A DNA stretch of 57,204 bases, filler included, from Stramenopiles sp. TOSAG23-3 (lineage: Eukaryota), in the NCBI GenBank assembly GCA_900128585.1. It is 3 parts of 3 records of this genome, joined end to end, with 100 filler letters (N's around TTAATTAATTAA, not from the genome) between each part and the next. Parts side by side here need not be neighbours in the genome. Positions count along the whole stretch, not along the records: positions 38,237 to 57,204 come from LT642412.1; 2 more parts are not named here. One strand, 5' to 3'. Every line of letters starts with the position of its first letter. Position 1 is the first letter of the stretch. Position numbers and translations under genes: made by a program. This document shows, piece after piece, positions 49,218 to 57,204 of the stretch. The notes under the pieces were generated by a model. The model saw only the letters and a list, made by a program, of their open reading frames with translations. It searched no databases and was not told the DNA's origin.

Positions 49218-51251
49218 ATGACGGACGTGGTAAACAAGACGGCCGCCGAGGGCGACGTGGAGACGAGCACCACGATCGGCATGGACGGACACTCTGGATT
49301 CTCGAAGCTCCGTATGTGTCGCTTCAGTTTTGGAAATTTCAGTGCGTACTTGGGGGCTTACTTCATTGGAAGTCTATCCACCTTGTACGTTTCGGTCTAT
49401 AGAGCACAGGGGACGTCGATCGTCTCTGGCCAAATGTTCCTAAAGCTCTTTGGAGGGTTTTTGGGCGTCGTTATGGGCATTATCCAAGACTCTCCAAAAA
49501 CTGCCATTTGCTTGAACAAACTGGGCTGCACAAATGCAAAGTGCGGCCGTAGAGCGCCGCATGCGGTATGGGCAACCATCGTCCTCGTTTTTGCAACACT
49601 CCTTACCCATACTCCACCCAATATCGCCACCATGGCGACGTCTCAAGACAGCACGGCAAAGTTGAAGGACGAGAAATTCTCGAAGTACCGTGTGAGTACC
49701 AGTATCAGTGACAGTGGGGAGCCTAAGTGGGGAGATTGGCAAGCCTGGGGAGATGGGCTCCTCGACAAAACCAAAGGCTTTCCGTGCGATAAAATGCTAA
49801 ATCTAAACACTACGTCAGGAGTGATCCACACTTTCCATAGGGTTGGCGAAGTGAATAAGAAGATTCCGGAATTCGGGAGTGACATTTGTGCGTCGATGGT
49901 GTCCCTTACCGCCTTCTGTTATCCTGGCCCGGCGGGTTCCCCGAAAACTGGTGATGGGGGGGACCGCGTTTGTGCCGAAACAGACAGCGCTTCGCTGGCT
50001 GGTTGGTTTATCTTTATGGGCATCATCGGAAGAATTGGCTGGGAGACCATATGGCAGGTGTCGCATGTGGCTAAATGGGAGATATTTCCTTACCAACAGG
50101 ACAGAGTCAAGATCCAGACGTGGTCTGCAGTATTATTCTTCTTCGCGTTTACGCTGTTTATCGTATTCAACTTGCTAATTACACAATCCAGCGAGTTTGG
50201 AAGCCGCCCCGAAGGAGGGAATGGGTACCGATTTCTACTGTCTGTCATAGCTGCGTCGTTGATTTCTTTAGGGTTTTTAGCAATTGGTCCGTTTTCGGAG
50301 GCGAAGCAGACGACGGGCGAAGAGCAAAAGAACAGTCGCCCACTCCAAGACTACATAGATATTATCACCAGCAATGGGAAACCCCAAAGTGCCATGCGGT
50401 GGGCATCGATGGCTTACGGCCTTGTTACATTTCACACCACCATTTATGTTGCAACTGCCCAGTACTACTTTGTGTATACGCTAAATATACCCGTATCTGA
50501 AGCCGCAACGGGGATTGCAGTGCTTGCGATCACAAACATATTATGTGATTTGCTCGGTGTCCCTGTTTGGGGCTGGGCGTTCGGAGTCCGAAACAAGGAA
50601 GATCGATTGAAGTCGCGGGATCCAAGAAACGCGATGATGGTTGCATGTGTGATGTCGGTCGGGTTTGGCGCAACGGTACAAGCCGTGCTTGCACGACCAG
50701 TGAACCGCGATGAGATTAATAATAACTATTTGGCGCTGGTCATTTCCCTTTTCGTTATCCGGGCCCCGACCACCCTGTTTGTCTACTGGTCCATAGGCGC
50801 GGACGGCTGGTGCATTGACGAGGACTGCCAAGAGTACTTCAAGGAAACAGGAAAACGCCGGCGACGTGAATCTGTTTACAAAGGCTTCCAGCTTGCGATC
50901 CGTGGCATTGCAGACTTCTTGGTACTCGTAATAGTGCTGGCCATATTCTCGACTTCGTGTGATTCAACCATGGCTTCACAGAACCAAACCATGGAATGCG
51001 CTGGAACCTTTTACTTTATGTGGCAAATTGGCCTTCCCTTGACGATGATTGCAGTACTGATTTGTGTATGGAAGTTTCCTATTACTGGTGAAAGAAAAAA
51101 TAGAGTTATTGAGGGACAGGCAAAGTTTCATCGTGCCGTGGGAAGTGCTAGAAAAACCGTGACCGGATCCACGCCTGTGACAGCAAGTAACGTCGAAGTA
51201 ATCAATACCGGGGAAGCAACCGAGGCGACCCCGGATGAAGATCATATTTAA
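49218..51251 (+). CDS. MFS transporter, GPH/MelB-like
   Basis: About 12 hydrophobic segments; GIIQDS...GRRAPH resembles the GPH G..SD...GRRRP loop motif; IDED...GKRRRESVY..F and WKFPIT resemble the C-terminal GPH motifs. Confidence 0.7.
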   Translation: MTDVVNKTAAEGDVETSTTIGMDGHSGFSKLRMCRFSFGNFSAYLGAYFIGSLSTLYVSVYRAQGTSIVSGQMFLKLFGGFLGVVMGIIQDSPKTAICLNKLGCTNAKCGRRAPHAVWATIVLVFATLLTHTPPNIATMATSQDSTAKLKDEKFSKYRVSTSISDSGEPKWGDWQAWGDGLLDKTKGFPCDKMLNLNTTSGVIHTFHRVGEVNKKIPEFGSDICASMVSLTAFCYPGPAGSPKTGDGGDRVCAETDSASLAGWFIFMGIIGRIGWETIWQVSHVAKWEIFPYQQDRVKIQTWSAVLFFFAFTLFIVFNLLITQSSEFGSRPEGGNGYRFLLSVIAASLISLGFLAIGPFSEAKQTTGEEQKNSRPLQDYIDIITSNGKPQSAMRWASMAYGLVTFHTTIYVATAQYYFVYTLNIPVSEAATGIAVLAITNILCDLLGVPVWGWAFGVRNKEDRLKSRDPRNAMMVACVMSVGFGATVQAVLARPVNRDEINNNYLALVISLFVIRAPTTLFVYWSIGADGWCIDEDCQEYFKETGKRRRRESVYKGFQLAIRGIADFLVLVIVLAIFSTSCDSTMASQNQTMECAGTFYFMWQIGLPLTMIAVLICVWKFPITGERKNRVIEGQAKFHRAVGSARKTVTGSTPVTASNVEVINTGEATEATPDEDHI

Positions 51252-51357
51252 GAACACTTATTTTATGGAATATCATATATTATGATTAGAGAGATTTTGT
51301 GTATCATAAATTTTAATAAATTTCATCAGTTTTAGTGACTGAAGGAATATAAACCTC

Positions 51358-51378
51358 AACAGCCAATTTTTTGTTTTT
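51358..51378 (-). repeat. Degenerate copy of the 30-bp element
   Basis: AACAGCCAATTTTTTGTTTTT between convergent stop codons. Confidence 0.7.
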
Positions 51379-51617
51379 GTTTTAAATCAGTTTATCGATA
51401 AGTTTATACGTATGATATAAAAAACCAAAAAATATATACGTAAACACTGAATTTATGTTAAACATAGATTATTTGTCAAGGAAAACATAGAGGGAGTAGA
51501 AATAAATCGCACAGTAGTACGAAGGAAGAAAAACTTTACACCGGGCATAAATGTTAAATACCTAAGAATAATAGCCATTATTGTGTTTCGTTGTCAACTC
51601 ATGACGACCCACTCGCT

Positions 51618-53315
51618 TTACTTTTTTTGTTTGCAAGGATTGTAACGCTGAAACGTCGACGTAAACGACATGACTGTGTCCCTTTGTTCGCTGAAAGTGG
51701 CTTTGTTCCCCTTCTTGTTAAACGATCGAGGCGGCAAACCAAGCATCCCAGAGATAACATCCATACCGAAGGAGTCTGAAAATTTTGAAGAATCCTCTAT
51801 GACATGTGCCAGTCCTATATTTTCATACTTCAGACTGTGAATTTGCACATGAAAGTAGGGAAACCGAGCGGGGATAGAATTCGACAACCCTTTCTTCGCC
51901 GTATCAATAACTGCCTTGTGAGATGCCCACTCAGTGTCGGCATTCCGCAGCGCTTGGGAAAAGGCCAAATGTGCAGTTTCTGCAACTTCCTCATCAACGG
52001 GAATTGCGTGTATGTGGGTGTGGTGGGCTCTCTCCATGTTCCGAACAGTCTCCAAAAATACTACGGATCGCTGCGGCTTTTCATCACCAAACATTCGCAA
52101 CAATGCCGTTTTGTAGGCAGCAACTTGCTCTCGTAAGTCTATGCCAGCATGGTTCATACTTTTTATTGGTTCTATCGGAGCGATAATGCAATGCCCTTTT
52201 GTGAGCTGCTTCTGTCTTGGTACCATCATGTACGCAGCTGTCCCCATTGAAACTATTAAATGGGATGGAAATGATGTATTCTGCACGTTGAATCGATCCG
52301 TAGAAACCTGCCTGTCCCACCTTTTATCTGCCATTGCAGCTTCCGAGCGCTCCACTTCCCCTCGCTTGAGGGCTGTCATCCAATTTTTTTTATTTTCATA
52401 CAGGCTAACGTCCACGTCCTCTTCTTCGTCTTCGCCCGTTCTCGATGCGGCAGATGATTTGTAGTTCTTTCCCTGTTTCAGAACATTTCTTATAAAGTTT
52501 TTGTCGTAATCCTCATCCGTGGCACCCCTGAATGATGGATAGGAAGTTGACCTTGCCCCTTTGGGTGCTTCGCCGGCTTTGTGAAACCGGCCCGCGGCCC
52601 CTGTGAGCAAGGAGCCCGATGCGCTACCTTCCCCGAACGATTCCACATCAGCCTTGAAATACCCCGTCCTTTCTCGGTTCTTGTCGAAATAGTTCAAGTT
52701 CGTTTTCCGCTTTCCCCGTTTTGATCCATACCGCAAATCATCGCGTTCTATCTTTTTGGTGATGCCCCTCTCTGTTCCACCGACAGAATCGTGGGACGGT
52801 TTGGACAAGCTCGGCCCCCCAGCCAACTGCCTCCTGAGCATATCTGCAGCCGCTCTGTTCGGGTCAAAGCGACTGTTTGGATCGGCTTTCCTTTTCAAAG
52901 GGGTCAAGCTTGCTTTTGCCCTCCCGGACGCCAACGTAGACGGTCGTAGAGCCTTGTCATTTTCCGTGGCAACGTCTCCCCTGGCCTTTGCGAGCAATTC
53001 TTCGAACGATTTTGTTTCTGGTATCGACGTTGCTGCTTGTTGCTGAATTTCTTCAAAGCTTCTGACCTGTGGAGTTGGACTCTCGAAGTTGTTGGCCCCA
53101 AGTCTGTTCAGCGGAGATATAAGAGGGTCTCTCGGTGCATCCTCCCCAGACGACGATGAAGATTCACACATCGCATCTCGATTGTTTGCCTTCCCTTTCT
53201 TGTGTTTTTTCCGTTTCTTCTTCTTCTCTTTCTTGTGTTTCTTCTCTTTACGACTTGCTCGTTTCTTCGCATCGTCGCCTTGACCAAAACTTATGCCCTG
53301 GAGAAGTCCTGACAT
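51618..53315 (-). CDS. CWF19L2: CWF19-like protein 2 (CwfJ C-terminal domains)
   Basis: HLIVSMG, LTKGHCIIAP, VVFLET, HTHIHAIPV, EWASHKAVIDT, IPARFPYFHV, GLAHVIED, FGMDVISGML. First ATG at 53315. Confidence 0.85.
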   Translation of the reverse strand: MSGLLQGISFGQGDDAKKRASRKEKKHKKEKKKKRKKHKKGKANNRDAMCESSSSSGEDAPRDPLISPLNRLGANNFESPTPQVRSFEEIQQQAATSIPETKSFEELLAKARGDVATENDKALRPSTLASGRAKASLTPLKRKADPNSRFDPNRAAADMLRRQLAGGPSLSKPSHDSVGGTERGITKKIERDDLRYGSKRGKRKTNLNYFDKNRERTGYFKADVESFGEGSASGSLLTGAAGRFHKAGEAPKGARSTSYPSFRGATDEDYDKNFIRNVLKQGKNYKSSAASRTGEDEEEDVDVSLYENKKNWMTALKRGEVERSEAAMADKRWDRQVSTDRFNVQNTSFPSHLIVSMGTAAYMMVPRQKQLTKGHCIIAPIEPIKSMNHAGIDLREQVAAYKTALLRMFGDEKPQRSVVFLETVRNMERAHHTHIHAIPVDEEVAETAHLAFSQALRNADTEWASHKAVIDTAKKGLSNSIPARFPYFHVQIHSLKYENIGLAHVIEDSSKFSDSFGMDVISGMLGLPPRSFNKKGNKATFSEQRDTVMSFTSTFQRYNPCKQKK

Positions 53316-53658
53316 TCCAACTCTTTTACAACTATACACTACACTATAACGTGTTTCCGCAAAGAACTGTCTTCAAAATAATATTGAAATGATTATCCTC
53401 CTGCTTGGCTATCTTCTTTGTGTTTCTTGCATAAGAAAGCATATACATTCAAATTTGCAAATTTTATTCCTGATTGGAGATTGGAGAACCAAACGCCTCT
53501 GCTGCCGCCGCACAACAAATTTTTCACTTCTTTATTCTTTAGTCGGACGGACAAAATTTATAGTTAAGGGTAACAATGGATTATTAACGTTTATGGATAA
53601 CTACAGCAATAGACCTTGTAAATATGATATATCCTTTAACCTTAATTATAGACTCCTC

Positions 53659-54333
53659 CTAAAATAGTTTGTTGGACATTTCTATTAATGCTTCTTCACA
53701 AAAGCTTTCAATCTTTTGTTCGATTTCTTTTTTAATCGTCTCGGGATTTAGTAACGCTCGTATTGAATTATTAAAGTGGGTTGAAAATTCATCCTTATCT
53801 ACGTTTCCGTCTCCATCTTGATCGATTGAAACAAAAATTTCTTTGGCCATGTTGTCGTCTCCGGGAAGCCTCTCGTCGACGATTTCCGAGAGATGGTTCA
53901 AGGACTTCGTTAGGACCGCCTCGGACACTTCCTTCCGGTATGCCTCGGGCAGCTGCCCCACCGCCTCGTATATTTGTCGGTCGATGGTTACCTTCATGAT
54001 ATAAGGATACCATATCTTGAACGCTTTGATGTACCGAGACATCAGAGATTTGCATTCCTCCGAGTTCAATGTGCCAGAGCGGTCGATGTCATATCTCTCA
54101 AAAATATCTTCCAGTGTTTCTTTACATGCATTGTCAAACTTTAGAAACATTTTCTTTTCCTCCTCGAGCCGTTTCTCTGGGTGTTTTGCCAAGTCTAACA
54201 TCTTCTTTATTCCTTCAGGAGAGAGTGTTTTCCTTTCGGTGTCCAATTCGTACCGGAACAAGGAGTCGAACTCCGTCTTTTCCCGCGGGGCATCATCACG
54301 ATCCGACGAAGCACAGTCCAAAACGTTTCCCAT
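53659..54333 (-). CDS. EF-hand calcium-binding protein with N-terminal acylation motif
   Basis: MGNVLDC start; EF loops DIDRSGTLNSEE and DQDGDGNVDKDE. Confidence 0.85.
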   Translation of the reverse strand: MGNVLDCASSDRDDAPREKTEFDSLFRYELDTERKTLSPEGIKKMLDLAKHPEKRLEEEKKMFLKFDNACKETLEDIFERYDIDRSGTLNSEECKSLMSRYIKAFKIWYPYIMKVTIDRQIYEAVGQLPEAYRKEVSEAVLTKSLNHLSEIVDERLPGDDNMAKEIFVSIDQDGDGNVDKDEFSTHFNNSIRALLNPETIKKEIEQKIESFCEEALIEMSNKLF

Positions 54334-54949
54334 CCTGACAAGGGGAAGAGAAAAAAAAGAGAAAGAAAAACAATACCGTCCAATATATATATATAATGTA
54401 TAATATATGTGCTTAAAACTGTTAAAACCAATTCAAATCCACATAAAAGGAAACAATCTATACCGTCTTATCTTTTCTGAAATCATTCAATTGAAATCAT
54501 TCAATACAATATATGTACAAACCCCTTTTCTTGTTGTTTTGTTTCCATTACTTTTTTCTCACTCCTCCTCTCCTCCTCCTCCCCCCATCTCTCATCATAT
54601 CATTATATGTATACCACCACAGCAGGAAGCAGGAATCAATATCTTCTTTTTTCTCTCATATTTTCGTTAGAGAGTATAATAATATATTCTATATATAAAT
54701 GCTAGAATGGACTTCTTATAGCAAGCTGAAACAATTTTGCATCCAACCCGTGCAACGGTATTGAATATATATTATGATGTTTCCTATTATTAGTATAGAT
54801 ATAATAATAGATATAAATAGTGTGATAGTGTGATGAAGTATTATATAATACCGTAGTATAGGATATAGGTCGGTCTATTGATTTCAATAGGAAGAAGTAT
54901 TGTAGTTATGTTATGCTGTGACTATATACATTAAATTAGTGACGACTGG

Positions 54950-55186
54950 CTTTTCTTCTTTTCTTTCTTCTTTTCTTTCTTCTTTTCTTTCTTCTTTTCT
55001 TCTTCTTTTCTTTCTTCTTTTCTTTCTTCTTTTCTTCTTCTTTCTTCTTTTCTTCTTCTTTCTTCTTTTCTTTTCTTTTTTTCTTCTTTTTTTCTTCTTT
55101 TCTTCTTTTCTTCTTCTTCTTCTTCTTCTTCTTCTTTTCTTCTTCTTCTTTTCTTCTTCTTCTTTTCTTCTTCTTCTTCTTCTTCT
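54950..55186. repeat. CTT/CTTTT polypyrimidine microsatellite
   Basis: Direct reading. Confidence 0.95.
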
Positions 55187-55396
55187 CAATTATTATTATT
55201 TTTTTTATTTTTTTTTTTTTTATTTTTTTATTATTATTAATTTTCTCCTGTGAACTGTGAACTTCTTCGATATGTGTGATATGTGATACAATAAATGAAG
55301 TGTAAACATTGGATTCCTGTTTTCTTTCATGGATTTGATTGTTTCTGAAAAGCGAACGGAAGGAGTACTATTCATCAACATTTGATCTGCATATAG

Positions 55397-56179
55397 ATGG
55401 CAACCTTGGCAGCAACCAACCCCGCGGAAAACGGGGAGGTCGCGTTGCTGTACGGGCACGAAGAAGATAAACGGCTAGGGAATGAAGCGTTTCTAACGAA
55501 AGATTATAAAACTGCGGTGGAGCATTACTCCAATGGGATTGTGAAATTGCAGGAAAACCCAGAGGAAACCGTCCCAGTCAACATAAAAGCTATCATGCAT
55601 GGAAACCGATCGGCCTGTTATTTCGAACTGGGGCAGTATGAGATGGCGAAGCAGGACGCAGACACTTCAACGAAAGTAGATTCAAAATATTTTAAGGGGT
55701 ACTGGAGGTCTGCGCAATGCGCGGACAAACTTGGTGATACAATGGGCTCATTGAGCATTCTATCAGGTGCGCTTGGTATGGACAAAGGCCTTTATGGGGA
55801 CTCAAAGCACCGGAAAATGTTTTCGAACTTGCGAAAACTACGTGAGCAGTTACGCACACACTTGGAGGAGGTCCCTATTGAAAGCTATGCATTTTCTGAC
55901 GGACGGAAAAAAGTCTCTGCCTACATCGATTTGCCAGGAATTTCGCTTCTTGACAAGGAAGATATAGTGTTCGAATGTAAAGAAAAGTCGCTTGACTTAA
56001 AGGTGTATGGGCTGAATGGGAAGTGTTATCGCCTTTTTGCACCGGAATTATGGGCGCGTGTAGACCCCGCAAAGAGCAAATTCAAGGTGAAGAAAGAAAA
56101 AGAACAGCTCGTGTTGCTTCTGCAAAAGGTATCGACTGAAGCGATACATTCAATGTGGGAGAGTCTGCGTCGAAATTGA
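55397..56179 (+). CDS. TPR + CS (p23-like) domain co-chaperone
   Basis: KRLGNEAFLTKDYKTAVEHYS, GNRSACYFELG, KGYWRSA (Hsp90-type TPR clamp); IESYAFSD..KVSAYIDL...VDPAKSKFKV (CS domain). Confidence 0.8.
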   Translation: MATLAATNPAENGEVALLYGHEEDKRLGNEAFLTKDYKTAVEHYSNGIVKLQENPEETVPVNIKAIMHGNRSACYFELGQYEMAKQDADTSTKVDSKYFKGYWRSAQCADKLGDTMGSLSILSGALGMDKGLYGDSKHRKMFSNLRKLREQLRTHLEEVPIESYAFSDGRKKVSAYIDLPGISLLDKEDIVFECKEKSLDLKVYGLNGKCYRLFAPELWARVDPAKSKFKVKKEKEQLVLLLQKVSTEAIHSMWESLRRN

Positions 56180-56344
56180 GACACGGGAGAGGGTAGTGTG
56201 TGTCAAAATAAAATATTTATATGCATATGTAAGATACAAAATAATGAAAGTAGCGCCGTGGGTTGCAGGCGAAACAAATACTTTTAGTGTTTAACTTTTT
56301 AAACTTGCCTTTAGAGGTGTAGTAACATTACCATTTCAGATATT

Positions 56345-57202
56345 TCACTCGGTCAACGATGCCGTGGAGGACAGGTAGGAACTTCCGGATGAGGTAGAAT
56401 CGGAGGGAACCCCTCCGGCAAATACATCGAAATGGTCCTCAAAGTTTCCGTTGAAACCTAGACTTTCCCACGTTGGCAGTAACTCTTCCATAACTTGCTC
56501 TGTGCTAGGATTTTCGTTCTCTATCGATTGAAACGACTGCGGGAAGGGTCCTTCCGAAATTTCATCTTCAACCCCCTGCGCTTCCTCCGTGCCTACTGTT
56601 GTGCCTTTAGCAGTGTCAGGCATCGGCGAAATAGCGTTTCTGTATGCGCCGAACGACGGCAAGGGCAATATAGTCTCTTCTGACTTTCGTGGTTCTTTGG
56701 GGAGTGCTTCCGTGAACGGGTTCCCCCCTTCCGAGCCTGCTGAACTGTATCCATCCAACTGCCCGTCCTCAAACAAACTATTTTCGTATTCCACGGCAGC
56801 CTGAAAGTTTGCGTTGTTGATTCGTAGACTTGGGCACGCAATTGTGTCGTTGCAATCGTCGACATTTTCAATTCCTAAAGACACGATACAAAACCGTTGA
56901 AGTGACGGTGCTAAATCGATGCTCTGTGGGAGGACGGGCCAAAACCCGATTGGCCGGGTACTAAGTGTAATCGCCCCTATTTGTACGCTGCAATAATGCG
57001 TTTTCCAAAACGACATTTTACGCTGCCCCGATGCCAACGTTTTCCAAGTATTATTCTTCCTCAGGCTGTTGATTCTTCCATCCAACACGTCTACTCGTGC
57101 AATGCTTCCATGGGACTTTGACTGCCCCACTTGCAGCCTAGACAATATCTTTTTCCCGCCAATGCTTTTCAACGCCCCTCGGCCTCTTCTCGTATCCCCG
57201 CT
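56345..57202 (-). CDS. Hypothetical protein, 5' partial, acidic low-complexity C-terminus
   Basis: Frame open to the window end; coding-like composition ending at an AT-rich spacer; no recognisable motif. Confidence 0.55.
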   Translation of the reverse strand, partial: SGDTRRGRGALKSIGGKKILSRLQVGQSKSHGSIARVDVLDGRINSLRKNNTWKTLASGQRKMSFWKTHYCSVQIGAITLSTRPIGFWPVLPQSIDLAPSLQRFCIVSLGIENVDDCNDTIACPSLRINNANFQAAVEYENSLFEDGQLDGYSSAGSEGGNPFTEALPKEPRKSEETILPLPSFGAYRNAISPMPDTAKGTTVGTEEAQGVEDEISEGPFPQSFQSIENENPSTEQVMEELLPTWESLGFNGNFEDHFDVFAGGVPSDSTSSGSSYLSSTASLTE

Positions 57203-57204
57203 CG

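Overview
Eukaryotic genomic DNA from a protist, most consistent with a stramenopile (inference from the gene set; not established by any search). The window is three concatenated pieces (1-19040, 19141-38136, 38237-57204; 19040, 18996 and 18968 bp, in descending size). They are joined by 100-nt N spacers containing an artificial TTAATTAATTAA six-frame-stop linker, so neighbourhoods across 19041-19140 and 38137-38236 are not biological. Genes are GC-richer islands with no visible coding introns, separated by very AT-rich spacers with purine/pyrimidine microsatellites. About 20 genes are supported: bZIP factor, WW/PDZ-like protein, MOV10/SDE3-like helicase, VOC-family protein, a rearranged DUR3 urea transporter, YrhK-like protein, FGE-fold/sialidase-like fusion, FEX fluoride exporter, ACBD6, a Cys-rich mosaic protein, a secreted coiled-coil protein, ARF-family GTPase, katanin p80, a cNMP+GAF-fused PI3K, a Cys-less LOV/PAS+KA1-like protein, a >3300-aa adhesin-like mosaic, an MFS transporter, CWF19L2, an EF-hand protein, a TPR-CS co-chaperone and one unknown. 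Most notable: (1) a dispersed 30-bp element, TTAAAAACAAGAAAATTGGCTGTTATTTAA, on all three contigs, always shortly downstream of a stop codon, in both orientations, once as a perfect inverted pair; (2) a DUR3 gene whose middle is inverted relative to its tail with a codon-exact junction; (3) a PI3K carrying two different cyclic-nucleotide-type sensor domains; (4) a kinase-less PAS/LOV-KA1 protein; (5) an FN2-containing giant mosaic protein.
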